A stretch of 64,000 nucleotides of DNA, from NCBI RefSeq assembly GCF_009914755.1, contig NC_060944.1. One strand, 5' to 3'. The DNA comes from the human T2T-CHM13v2.0 reference genome, Homo sapiens. Within the stretch, counting starts at the first letter, position 1. Every line of letters begins with the position of its first letter. A model generated the notes under the pieces. That model was not told the origin of the DNA, ran no database searches, and was given only the letters and a program-made list of their open reading frames with translations. This document shows, piece by piece, positions 41,314-53,634 of the stretch. Both the position numbers and the translations under genes were made by a program.

Positions 41314-41541
41314 TTATCTTCTAGTGTGTTCTGCCACACTCATTTCCATTTTAAAGAAGAAGCAAAGACACTTGCAAGAACTAGAACAACACAGTTAACC
41401 CATTAACTTCATTTGTTTGGCCTTTTTGCATTTTTGTGTGTTCTTCATGGGCTGATGTTGAAAATCCATGATGTGTTTTGACAGCATTGCATAGCCTATT
41501 CTTGCTGGATACTTCCCCTACTAGCTGGGATAATCTGCTGC

Positions 41542-41547
41542 AATAAA
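41542..41547 (+). terminator. Poly(A) signal of CST13P
   Basis: AATAAA about 230 nt after the stop codon. Confidence 0.7.
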
Positions 41548-41880
41548 TGGAAGTGGTTTCTACACCTCACCCAACTCTGAGTACAAATTACTTTTCATGG
41601 ACAAATCTTTCTAGATAACCAGAGGACCCAGCCCTCAATTGCTTCAAGCATGCTGGCACTCTCTGTAAGGCTCTGAGAGTCTGGCTGCCTTGAGAGTTTC
41701 CGTCCATGGATTTCTACGGAAATCTCCCTTCCCAGGACTTTTTGGAAGACACAGCCTGTTAGCTTAGAAAGTTAGTTTTAACCAGATCCAACCAGAGAGA
41801 CAGCTGGGCCATTTAGAGATTTTCATTGGTTTTGAATTGAAGCAGAAAAGTTAATGATGCAGGGAGAGAAGACTACATTC

Positions 41881-41942
41881 GTGTGTGTGTGTGTGTGTGT
41901 GTGTGTATGCACACGTGTGCATGTCTGTGCATAAGTGTGTGC
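41881..41942. repeat. (GT)n microsatellite
   Basis: (GT)13 followed by degenerate GT/GC repeats. Confidence 0.9.
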
Positions 41943-41952
41943 TCACAGTTAG

Positions 41953-42430
41953 ATGTATCAGTTAATGCTGTATGACAAGTCACCTGGTCACTTAACGGCT
42001 CAAGCAATTGATTTATATGTCTCATGGTGTCTGTGAGTCAGGCATCTCTGGATGGCCAGACTGGGCAGCTCTGGTTGTCACATCTCATTGGGTTACACTC
42101 TGATATTGACTGTGCTGCCATTATTTAAAGGTTTGATGGACTCTGGAGAATCCTTTCCAAGGTAGCTCACTCCCATGCCTGCAGGTTGATAATGGTTATT
42201 GACTGAGGTCTCTGTTCTCCACGTGGCTTCTCCACAAGACTGTACGTCAGCTTGGTATCCTGGATGACTTGTTCCAGACACAGTGTTCCCAGAGACCAAG
42301 ATGGAAGCCACTGTATCCTTTGTAAACTAGACTCAACCCAGAACAGCCCTGGCTCAGTGTGGACTACACAACGACATAAAGATAGAGATTAGGGTCACTG
42401 GAGGCCATCTGGGAGGCCAGCCACTACAGT
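41953..42430 (-). mobile_element. MaLR LTR (MLT1F/G-like)
   Basis: TCCAAGGTAGCTCACTCCCATG...CTCCACGTGG..TCTCCAC...GGCCATCT.GGAGG....CTACA. Confidence 0.6.
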
Positions 42431-43135
42431 GTGTACACATGTGTGCATGTGTGCGCATGCATGTGTATGGAGAGTGGACTAAGGTGATACCATGACCGTA
42501 AAGAGGCACTTTTGAAATCCTGATGCTTAGACAGCAGCACCAATGTGCAGGCTGGGGCAAGGAGACAATATTGTGTAATAGCCAGTAGTAATACAGGGTC
42601 AGATTCTAACTTAGACACATGACGGAAGGATGGTGATGCTCAGAGGCCACCTGCATGACAGCTGTCCTTGAGGGCTCTTCTCTGACAGGGCTGACTGCAA
42701 CCTTCTGAGCCTCTCTGCCTAATGGCTTTCTCTGCCAATGAAGGGCAGGCTGGAGTGCCAGTGGGTAATACCCTTGAGAGGAGCCCTCAGCCAATGATAG
42801 AAGTTGGAGGATAAACATCCTGGCCTTTTATCCCCTGGGATATAACGCCAAGTTGTGTCTACCCAGTCACTGAGGAGTGTCCTGCAAGACTGAGCCCTAG
42901 CTATCCATATTGCTAATCTCACTATCCGTGCTGCTTCTGCCCCTTACTATTTCCACTTTTCAACTGCCTTTCTGGAATCATTTCTAAATAAGCCACTTGT
43001 ACTTGAATTTTTTGTCTCCAAGTCAGCTTCTGGAGGAGCCAACTTGATAGTGGAACCCAGATCTACTGTAAATGGCACCCTGAGACCCCCAGGGGCTTGC
43101 CTGGCTGAGATCAGAAATCAGGATACCCTTTACCT

Positions 43136-43653
43136 TGACAACGGAAAGACCAAATTCTGCCAAAATATTTAAAGAGGTTTATTCTGAGCCATATGAGTGA
43201 CCAAGAAAGGGAAACACAGTCTCAAGAGGTCCTGAGAAAGTGTGGCTGAGGTGGTCCGGTTACAGGTTAGTTTGAAGCATGTCATGGAGCCAGGAGTTGC
43301 AGGTAAAATTATAAATCAATACATGGAAGGTATATATTGGTTTGGTCCCAAAAGGTGGGACATCTCAAGGCATTGGCTTACAAGTTTTAGGTGGGTTTAG
43401 GGATTCTTTAGTTTGAAATTGGTAGAAAAAGTTAAGCTTTGTCTAAAACATGGAGTCAGTAGAAAGGAATGCTAAGGGGCTCTACTATCTGTCAGGTGAT
43501 GCCATGCCAGAGTCAGGTTGGAAAACAAGTCACAATGTACTGGGTCAGAAAGGACCTTTTTGATGAAATTTTATGGTTTGCAAGGCATGATTCCTCAGGT
43601 CCTTAAACAGGAATTTCAGAAATAAAGAAAAAAAGGTAAGAGGTCAGTCCTCA
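43136..43653 (-). mobile_element. MER4-group solo LTR
   Basis: AAAATATTTAAAGAGGTTTATTCTGAGCCA...CAGTCCTCA; TSD ACCT. Confidence 0.8.
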
Positions 43654-44449
43654 ACCTGCACTCTCTAACATCTGCCAGCAGTTGAGCTCTTGGGTGGCGG
43701 GCAGGTGAAGTGGCGTTCTTCATGGCCCCGCACAACCCTGGGCCCCTTTCTTTCCCATGTGCTGGCAGGGTTGTGGGGACACTGTCAGAGCAGTTCTTGT
43801 TCCATTCTCTCCCTGCCTCAGGAATGGGATCCCTATGCTACTAGCTGCAGCACCTGAGGACACATCTCTCTCATCTACCCTCGCCTTCATCCCCAAGCTC
43901 CGTGGGTATGCAACCTGTCCATCTGGGGGACTTGGTCTCCCTTGCTTCTTGGCCTGAGCTGGCCAGCCCTATGTGGTCTCATGAGCAGCCCATGGAGGAA
44001 GGTGTTCTTTGCTGAGCCCTGACAGTGTGATTGAACATTGGAGGGACCTGGGTCTTCCCATGTCCCGGGCTGCTTGTTTCCATCATACTCATACCCCATG
44101 TTGTCTTAGGGCATACCAAACCCTACTGCCCACATCTAAGGTCAGTTTTGTTAATGTGATCTGTGCATGGGTTCAGGTTTAGCTCTTCAAAACCATCTGG
44201 CCTCTGTTGACCCATTGAGTCAGAGTCAGGATGAAGAATTAAGATCAAGACAGTTTCACTGACTCATGGAATTTTTGAGTTTATTGACTAACAGCAATAT
44301 TTTTATATGAGCATGAAAGGAAATGGAATGTGTGGACATAGAGGCTCCTGAGACACCTCTAAATTGTCTCCTTCTCTACCAAGGCCGTGTTAGCCTTGGC
44401 CACACCAGGAAGGACACAGACATATATCAAAGAGGCTTCATGCAGTGTA

Positions 44450-44622
44450 GCTTGCCCTTCCACCTTCTACCACGTGAGGACACAGCAGGGAGGCCCTCAC
44501 AAGATGCTGGCACCTTGGTCCTGGGCTTCCCAACCTCTAGAGCTGTGAAAAATAAATTTCTGTTTCCTGTAAATTAACCAGCCTGTGTTATTCTGTTATA
44601 GCAGCACAAACAGAAGAGGACA
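44450..44622 (+). mobile_element. MST/MLT1A MaLR 3' fragment
   Basis: GTGAGGACACAGCA...GCTGGCACCTTG...AATAAATTTCTGTT...TGTTATAGCAGCACAAA. Confidence 0.75.
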
Positions 44623-46525
44623 GTTCCTTTCCTGGGCTCAGCAGGGGCCAGGGAAGAACCAGAACTCCAACTCACAGGAGGTATGTGGACATGAGGGACT
44701 CTGGGTCTTGGGACCTGAAGTGGAGATTTGGAGTGAGTGGGAGTTGTCCTGAGACCACATACAGGGCCAGGACTGACAGCTGAGATGTTTCCTTGTGTAT
44801 GTATCCCAGCAGTTCCCTGCCCTCCCCAGGCTCCACCCCATCTTCCCTTCCTCTGCCTCAAGGAGAGAGGTTTGGGGAGTCTGCAAAAACCTCACATTTT
44901 CCTCATCACTTTGTGTTCATTATTATGGTCAATCTCCCCAAGGCTGTGTCCCAGCCCTGACCCCCTGAGAAAAATGAGGAAAGTATCCACATGTCCTCCA
45001 GCAGATGGGAAAGTGGCCACAAGGTAGAATAAAGTAGTGTATATGTAGCATATTTTGGAACTAATTTATACTTAGTGTTTTCTTCTACTGCCACTTTTGA
45101 CTTCAGCTGTAACCATTTGAGGACAGCCAAGCAGAGGTTGCCATCTTTATATAAATGACTCAGGGACAGCAGATGACAGATTAGGAGCTGAGGGGTGCAG
45201 GGTTAAATAAGAACTCACATTTCTGGGGAAGGAGGAAGCTAGTGACACTACACTACAATCTGTGCCCCTTTTCCTTCCTGGGGTTGGGGTCCAGGGATGC
45301 TACTGACCAGATGTTCCCAGCATGTCTCTGGCCTTAGCCTCTGGCACAAAATTTGCTCAGGGGCCCACCTCATGGCTACACTCAACATCTATGAACCCAG
45401 TTTCCTGATTCTTCACTGCACAAATTCCCGAAGGAGGAGAAGTATAGCTGTCTCCAGGAGCAAGTGCAGACAGGCAAGGCAAGCTAGGAGAGGTCTTTCC
45501 AAAGGAACAGGGCCTGCAATGCGACTCCTGTCCTCTAATTAGGCCTGTGCACCTGGGTCATGTCATGCATCATGAGTCTGGAAATACAATAGAAATCAAC
45601 ACATGTCCCAGAAATTGTGGATGTCCATTTCTTAGGGATGCAGAAAACTGTTAAAGACCCATACATGTAGTCTGAGTCAGGCAGGAATTAGTGCATCCTC
45701 CCAGGAGCCAGTGCCTTAGAGTGGGCTCCTCTCCCCTTGCTCCATGAAGGACGGCTGTGCTCCAAAAGGGTCCTGAGCCAGGACACCCCATCACCTCAGT
45801 GAGCTCACTCCCCATGAGACCCTGTCCTGGGAGCTGTCTCAGAAATGGTTCTCTAATGGAATGAGTAGGGTGGATTCTTTGGATCCGCAGGAGGCACTGT
45901 GGATAAAGCGCCTTCTCTGAGCTTCCTTCTGCTGATGGAGTCAGGGTCAAGAGAAGGACCAAGGGTGGGAGCAGACAGGGGAGGTGGTGGGAGGGTCTCA
46001 AAGGAAAATCTGTTCAAGTCTGGAACAAGGCAGTGCAGGGCTGTGTGGGTTCCAGAGACCCACGCACCAGATGGGACAAAGTGCAGCAGCTGTGTCTACC
46101 TCAGTGCTGGCAGGCCGCAGGGAGGTCTCCGGGCCTGGCTCCCCACTCTGCCTTGCCTGAATGCCCATGATCTAGGGACCACCCTCCCAGCACTTCTATG
46201 GAGGGTACGTCCCAAGACGATGGTCCAAACGCACCACAGGTCTGTGTTAGGTCCCCCCAGGCTGACCCTGAAACGCAGACTGGTGGGTGCAGGTAGTTTA
46301 TTTGGAGATGATCCCAGGAGGCACATGTGAGAAAGGGAGACAGAGAAGGGGAAACACAATGTGTCTGTTATCGATGGGTTACACTGGGGCCGGGGGTGTT
46401 TATTCTGCTGGGGAGCTCTGAGAACCATGTGACACACACTCTGAATCGGGTGCCAGGAGGCTGGGAGACTGGGACATTCACCTGCCTCACTTCTGAAGAT
46501 GGAGCGTGGCTCTCAGACTTGACCT

Positions 46526-46753
46526 TAGGAGTTGGCAACCATGGCCCGAGGACCAAATGCAGCCCAGTCTGGTTGTCTCCATGTGTAAACAAAGTCTTGT
46601 TGGGACAGGACTGCTCTTATTTGTTTATGCATTGACTATGGCTGCTTTCAACTTACAAAGGCTGTGCTGGGTAGCTGAGAAAGTGACTAAATGGCCTACA
46701 AGATCAAAATAGTTACTCCTTAAATCTTTACAGAAAATACATGCTGAAGCCTG
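46526..46753. mobile_element. MER58A hAT-Charlie MITE
   Basis: GGAGTTGGCAA.C.ATGGCCCG.GG.CCAAAT.CAGCCC...TATGGCTGCTTT...CTTTACAGAAAA. Confidence 0.75.
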
Positions 46754-47321
46754 ATCTGGGAGATGTGGACAGGGTGTCCATAGCTGCTGGCTATTCTCAG
46801 CTAACACACTAGGTATACATGCACCCTGAGCATTAATGCCAATGTCACATTTGTTATGTGGGATCCCGAGTCCCTGTCCTGCTCCGTGTGCACATCTGAT
46901 ACCCTGGGAGGCCACCTTCACTGCCCCTCTGCAACCTGCAAGGGGCCCTGAGATAGCAGCTCAGACGCACCTTAGCTGTGCCTCTGGAAGTGGCTCAGGA
47001 GGCCCAATAAGGGAGAAAAACTTACCCCTGAGAGCCCAGGAGGCTGCCCTGCTGAGAATAACTCCATCAACTGCCCAAGCCCCTTCGTCCAGAATCATGG
47101 CACACAAAGCTTCTTAAAATGCTAATTGTTAAGATGTATACTACATGATGAACTTAGACAATGAAGAATTTCTAAAATACCTGAGCATGAACTCCTAACA
47201 CATGGAAAGTAAGAACACACAAGCACAGAGCTGCTCAGGCACTGAAGGGCCATGTTGAGGAACTGCCGACATGCTGGAAAGGAGAGGACAGCAGGTGGCC
47301 AGGCCCGTGGCTAGGACCCAC

Positions 47322-47411
47322 TCAGGAATGCCCGCCTGAGCACGTCTTGTTCCAGAGGTCAAACCGTGTCCTCCAGGGCTCTATTCCAATGGTGAAGAAG
47401 CAGGTGCAGGT
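47322..47411 (-). CDS. CST9LP1: CST9LP1 coding exon 3 (29 codons plus stop)
   Basis: TGCTTGCTCCCTCAG|ACC; translates to TCTCFFTIGIEPWRTRFDLWNKTCSGGHS*. Confidence 0.92.
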   Translation of the reverse strand, partial: TCTCFFTIGIEPWRTRFDLWNKTCSGGHS

Positions 47412-48359
47412 CTGAGGGAGCAAGCACAGGAAGGGACAGTGTGTGGGGGCTTGGGATGCAGAAGCTTGTGGCTTCTGCTATCAACACAGGTTCCATCTCA
47501 ATCTTGCCCATTCCCAGGGCTGGGCTCTGGACCCCAAGTGTGGCCCTCCAGCCTGAGTTCTGGGCTGTTCCAGACTTTCAGGGTGATCTGTGGCTCCCTC
47601 CTGACCAAGGAACACCTGTAGTAGCACCCTCCTCCCTAGCCAGCAGCCTCCAGGGGAAACCCAGGCTGTCTAGTGTCTTTCATCCTCCAAGAACAGCATG
47701 GCACACTCCATTCCAGAGGGAGCTGCTCTCAGATTTAAACAAGTACTTAACCTATTAACTAATCCTCTGATAAGGGGATGGAGTAATGCTAGATGTGTTG
47801 TGCACAGTGTCAGGGTTCATTATGTCCTTGTCCCCAGAGCAGGTACTGCAGCTCAGCAGGAGCCAGGACAGGACCAGGGAGGGAGGGCAGTGGGGTCCCT
47901 CCTCAGCCTCCACCTGCCTCAGGCTCTGGATTAGGGGAGGGGGACCCTGAGAACTGCACACTCAGAGAGAGGTGATGTCGGATCCCCACCAGGCTCTTTC
48001 TTCAAAAGGCAGAGGAAGGCTGGGGAGGAAGACCAGAGAGGAAAGAGTCTCTACTCAGGCCTAGGAGACTAGGACCCTAGGGGGCAAGAGCAGTCTGAAG
48101 GCCATGTGCCCTGGGTACAAGCAGCTGTAGTGGCGTGACATGGCAGAGTCAGGAAACTCAAACTGGCCAGGAGACTGCAAGTGGACCCCTGGCTGCCTGC
48201 CCCTCTGTGCTCGCCACTAAGGCACAAGCAAGGTAGCCTGGTAGAGGCTGCTGCAGGCTCACTCCTCTAAGTCTCTTTGTCAGCTGTACCTGTGTCCACA
48301 CCACACCCCATGCGGCATCCACAGCTGTATCCAGGAGGGAAGCTGGTGTCTTGTCTTAC

Positions 48360-48473
48360 ATTGTTCAGCTCTGGGCTCTCTTGAAAAGGGCAGTTGTCAA
48401 TGTCATCTTCAAATTTCCCACACATGGTTCTGCCCAGTTGCAGATTCATGGAGAATGTCATCTTATCATAACC
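48360..48473 (-). CDS. CST9LP1: CST9LP1 coding exon 2 (38 codons)
   Basis: TTTTTTATTCAACAG|GGT...AAT|GTAAGA; translates to [38 protein letters not shown]. Confidence 0.92.
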
Positions 48474-49972
48474 CTGTTGAATAAAAAAGATTAAAGTGGA
48501 CAGACTCTTTGAGTTGCTCATAGGTAACTCCTTGTGAAAATGCGACCTTGTAGGAAGAGGCTGCAACACTCTCCTCCACTAGGGAGCTCGCGCATGGGCC
48601 TGGCATCAGGTCACTGGAGGTAAAACCCAGGAGACCTTCTCTAGACTGAGGAGTTAAGAGCAAACAGCAAATATGTGTGGTGTGTCCTGGGACAGACACA
48701 GGCTGTCAAACCCTATTAATGCATCCTGTATCTCCAGCTTCACCTCCCTGTCTCCCATGATGAGACCCGGCTTCACTCTCAGCAGGCATGTGAGCCTGCA
48801 GCTGCATTTTCAGAAGACATGTGCTGCATGCTCGGGAAGGTGTTAGCTCTCCATCAGTTTTCAGGGTAACCTCAGCCCTGGGGCAAGGGGAGCCTCATCT
48901 AGAGTGTGTTGTCCAACCTTCCACCTGACCTCCAGCAAGAGGAATGCAAGAATGCTACCCAGTGCTCCCACTACACACAGGGACACACCCTTGGGACAAC
49001 GGCTTTAAGAAACACCGTCTGCCCTATTGCAAAGTGCACTCTGAGGTTCTCCTTGCTCTCCTTCCCACTCCATTCTATGTCATTCCACTCCATAGACTCC
49101 CTCCCCATCCAGCCAGGACCTTGCACAGAGTCTTTCCAGAGCTTAAGCTCTGTGCGGCACTGGGGTCCCTCTACCCTTCTTTCAGGTTCTTGGTGCCGAC
49201 AGAGGAAGAGCAATGCTCCTTCTCCCTCTAAACCATACGTTCTCCACTAGGAGGGCATTTTAATTGTTTGTGCCTGCAGCCCAGATGAATGGCACATTCC
49301 TGAATCATTTAATGATTCCATTAAAAGGAGAACATTTTAGGATTAAGGACCATGGACTGTGGAAGAGTGTAACACAACATTCAACTCATTAAGTGTAGAT
49401 GCAGGGAGGAGCCCAGAGCAGGTGGAAATCAGAGAAGAACTGACTTCACAGCGGCCTCTCAGGGCCGATGGTGCTTCTTTTTTACTTCTGAATTATCAGC
49501 TCTCTTTGTCTCTCTGTCTCTCTGTCTCTTTCTGCCTATTTGTCTCTGTCTCTCTCTTCCCTTTCTTTTACTCTGATTGTCTCTTTTCCTAATTATCTCT
49601 TTTTTAATTTCTTTGAAATGTTTCTCAGTTTCTGTCTGTGGACGTTTTTTTGTGCGACCCATTTCCTCACCTGATGCATCATTTTCTCAGTTTTCCTTAT
49701 TTTGAGGTCATTCTTCAGTTAAGTGATGCCATAACAATCATGGAGGTTGAATACTATATCTAGCGTTGAGTAGATCTGGACTCAAAAAAATTATAATGTG
49801 TATCTTTCATAAAGACAAAAAGCAAATTTCTGAGGTTGTATTTTATACAAGTTTAGACTACAAATGGTGAACCAGGAGTCCTGGTTAAGCCCTGCCCCAC
49901 ACGCTGCCACCCCTGCCCATCACTCAGCAGCCTGTGCTGGACACTAGTGCAGAAAAGGATGTGCTCATCAAC

Positions 49973-50212
49973 CTGCTCCTTCCAGGAAGCCAGGACAGGC
50001 ACCAGCTTGTAGGCATACCAGTCCTTGCTCTGCTTGTTGAATGTGTACACGGCAAACTCCAGGGTGGGAGGGAGATAAACAGCAATTTGTTTTTGGTCAT
50101 TCCACTCCTCTTCCTCTTGGAAACGCCAAGCATAGGTAACCAGGAACTGGAAGCTGAAGAGAAGCAGCAGTGGCGCACAGGACAGAGCCCTGCTCGGCGG
50201 CAGACTCCACAT
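49973..50212 (-). CDS. CST9LP1: CST9LP1 coding exon 1 (80 codons)
   Basis: GCGCCATG; MWSLPPSRALSCAPLLLLFSFQFLVTYA signal peptide, then TLEFAVYTFNKQSKDWYAYKLVPVLASWKEQ. Donor CAG|GTTGAT is weak. Confidence 0.88.
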
Positions 50213-50348
50213 GGCGCAGGGCACAGGAAGCACTCCTAACCTCCAGCCTTCCCAGCCTGGACTCCCACAGGAGCCTACTGCACACAGTTCTGGCCCTTAA
50301 ACTCTTGAGCTCAGGTGGAAACTCCTCCCTCCAGGCCTCATCTCTGGC

Positions 50349-50356
50349 ATTATAAT
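50349..50356 (-). promoter_or_regulatory. Candidate TATA-like box for CST9LP1
   Basis: ATTATAAT about 140 nt upstream of the ATG; supported by position only. Confidence 0.3.
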
Positions 50357-53288
50357 CTGTCCCTCCCAAATGTGGCTTCGCCTCCTCCAGACAAAGCTGT
50401 TTCAATCATCTCTTGTTCAGGGAGAAGTAACAGCAACCATGGGGGTGGGTTAGAAAGATAAGGGACCCCAGTGGGCAAGAGCAGGGCATGAGGTCCAGCC
50501 ACCACTGCTCCCTAGTGCCTCAGTGGGCTAGAGGAGAGCACCCACTTCCTCGGGTGTCCCAGGGTCAGTCCCTGAAATAAGAATAGAAGTACAAGAGGTG
50601 TGAGTGGAAGGTGATCCCTGGACATGCCAGTGGGGTGGGGAAACAAAACCAGATGGGTCAAGGACTAAAAGGAGGAGCTGCCAGGAGTAAAAGTGCTGTG
50701 AGTGAACAGAAGGCATGGCTGCATGGGGACTCATAGGAAGGCTCCACAGCACCTGCCTAAGTATCAGCAACCTGATGCTCTGGGGCCCTGGGGCTGAGGG
50801 TGAAGACTGCTCTTGGGCATCCTTCATGGCTGCTTTAAAGCTTAGGACCTGCTGCACTGGCACAGCACCCTCCCGACTAAGAATGTGAGAAAGATTAGTA
50901 CAGGTACTTGCAGCTGGATTCAGCCACTGGAGATACAAGTTTGGCTAAGTTGGGGGATGGTCCTAGGAACCCCACACTGCTGGAAGTCAGGGATAGAGGA
51001 GGGGGTTTGGGACAGAAACAATGCCATGCATTCAGCACCAGGTCACTTTCTCCTGAGCATAGCTGGACATAGATGTGGCCTGTGCTGAGCTCTGACCTTG
51101 GATGTGGTGGCCATGAAGGACAATGTGCCCAAGGTGAGGCTACTCCCATGAGCTGGTGCATACCCTTCCTTCCCAGGCCTGCAGAATGGAGGGAGCATCC
51201 AGGTGGGACTCTGAGTCTGTGGATGGTACTCACAGGAGTGGGTCTCAGCAGAGTTTCCTCCAGCACAGTCCTCACCCTCTGGCTGACCCTCTCAGCCCTA
51301 AGTCATGAGTGACAAATGCCATTTCATGGTTCCACCCCCTGAGATCCTTGTTGTCCCTTCCAGCAGCTGGCAGAACTTAATGAATTCACCTGAGTTCTCC
51401 TGGAGATGCAGAGAGTTGGGGGTAGGGGTGGAAGGGTGGTCCTAGCCTTGGAGACCTGAGACCCAGTCCAGCTGTGCCAGGAGCTGATTCTGCACCTTCA
51501 CCCTTCCCTGAGCTTTCTGGGCCTCCCTTGTCCACTCCTCAGATGGGCATAGCATTGTCCATCCAGCCTCCAGAGGCTTGTTGCTTACTGGACAAATTGC
51601 CCTCATGGAGTCAAAGTGCTGTGATAATCACAAAGCTGTATGCTTAGATTGGCAATTGTTCTGCACTGGCAATTCCTTTCCTTATCTCTGCTGAGGGTAC
51701 ATGGGGACCTTGCACATTTGACATTTCTCCCCAGTGTTCAGGCCTGGACCACAGCCTGGGGAAGGAATGAAGGCAGGGCTCAGCACTGCCACTGAGGCTG
51801 ACAACAAAGTGCAGACTCTGGGAGGTATTCTCACCACTGTGATGACTAAATGCACCTGCATATCTCTCCAGAGGGGAGCACAGATGAAGGAGGCCAAGGC
51901 ACAGGAAATTCCTGCAGAAAGGGGCTCAGAGGGAGGGCGTGCAGGGGCCCTGGAGACAGGCACAGTCTGGCTTCCTTCCCGTGCTCTCTCCAGAGCCCCA
52001 CCTGGGTCCTCCCTCGCACTCTCCTCACCCACCTGGAGCACCCTACCCATCTGCGCCATGTACTGTGCATCTCCTTGATCTTCATATAGAGTCTATTTTT
52101 CTTTCTGAGTCACAGAATCATCATTTGTTCAAGTCAGATTTCTCTCCATTGTGGGAACAGGTGAATAAACTCACCCCCGCTCCCCAACAAGAGTATCGTG
52201 GCCAAGTACAGGAATCTGTAGTTTACATTTACAGGCCTTTGTCCAATTCTTTCACATACATCACTAGTCAAAGAGCAAGGAAAAGAATCTTCTTATTGCA
52301 GTAGTGACTTGGTACATGATTTGACCTTGGGCTGAGAGCATGCACAGCAATGTAAATGCAGGTTATATGATCATAAAGAAAAAAATCCATCAAGAAGCCA
52401 TAATAGTGATGAATCTGCATGCAAATACAACAGAACAAATGACAATGTTGCAGGGAATATGGCACTTCCACAACCATGTTGGGAGGGTTTAATATGTCTC
52501 CTGGAAGCTGGCTTACAGAAGCCTACATGTTATAAAGGATACAGCAGAATTGACAGATACAGTTAACTAGTCTACTTCAGTAGTTGCCTGTAAATTTCTT
52601 TACCTAATATAAAGTATGTTTAAATTGTAGCAAAATAAACATAACATTTACAATCTTAACAATTTTAAGTGTACAGTTCACTATTGTTTAAATATATTTA
52701 CGTTGCTGTGCATAGAATATAATTTTTAAAGGAATGATCTGTTAATTATGAAATTAAAGTGTTAATTGTATTACAGGGATATTGGCAAAACAACACTTAA
52801 GGCATAGCTGGTGGGGTTTGGGTGCACTGTACTTACTGAGGATGATGTAATTGGCTGCTCCCTAATGTGTAAGCTCTCACTCCAACATCCCCTGAAGGTC
52901 TCTCCCACTGCCTGGCTCTCATGGGTCGCCAGGCTCTTTCTTCACAAGAAACCTGATTCCTTGATGGCAGGAGCTTTGAGTCTTCATCGTGGGCCTCTGT
53001 GCTGTCTCTGTGCTGAACATTGACAGGGGAGAGGGCTGGCATTAGCAGGGCAGCCCCATCCCATGGTGCTCTCCAGCTCCCATGGAGTTCTAGAACAGAA
53101 CAAGTTCTGTGGAGGATGGTGCCAGGATGGGTGGCTTGAGGGAATCTGGAGGCAGGAGCCCCCAGCCAAGCAGTCTGTACCTCCCTGAGGGCAGCCTCAC
53201 AGCCCAGAGATGTGCCACCATCTACTGGCCTAGGGTCTGAGCTGGTTATGAAAATGACCCCCACAAAGTTGTTTGGAAGATGAGTGGT

Positions 53289-53597
53289 GGCTGGGTGCAG
53301 TGGCTCACACCTATAATTCCAGCACTTTGGGAGGCCCACGGGGGAGGGTAGCTTGAGCTCAGGAGCTCAAGACCAGCATGGACAACATTAAAAAAAACCC
53401 ATTGCTACAAAATAGACAAAAATTAACTGGGCATGCTGGTGTGTACCTGTAGTCCCAGCTATTTGGGAGGCTCAGGCAGGAGGATCGCTAGACCCCAAGA
53501 GATGGAGATGGAGGCTGCAGTGAGCCATGATCACACCAGTGCACTCCAGCCTGGGCAAAAGAGTGAGACCCTGTCTCAAAAAAAAAAAAAAAAAAAA
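53289..53597 (+). mobile_element. AluJ
   Basis: Diverged dimeric Alu; TSD AAGATGAGTGGT. Confidence 0.93.
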
Positions 53598-53634
53598 AAG
53601 ATGAGTGGTTACTAATACACATTGCCCCCCTCCT

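Larger units (their letters stand above)
47322..50212 (-). pseudogene. CST9LP1: Cystatin-9-like locus, named as a pseudogene but with an intact 147-aa spliced ORF
   Basis: Three phase-0 exons (240+114+90 nt), GT-AG introns of 1499 and 948 bp. The protein closely resembles CST9L/CST9; symbol from recall of the putative CST9LP1 protein. Confidence 0.88.
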
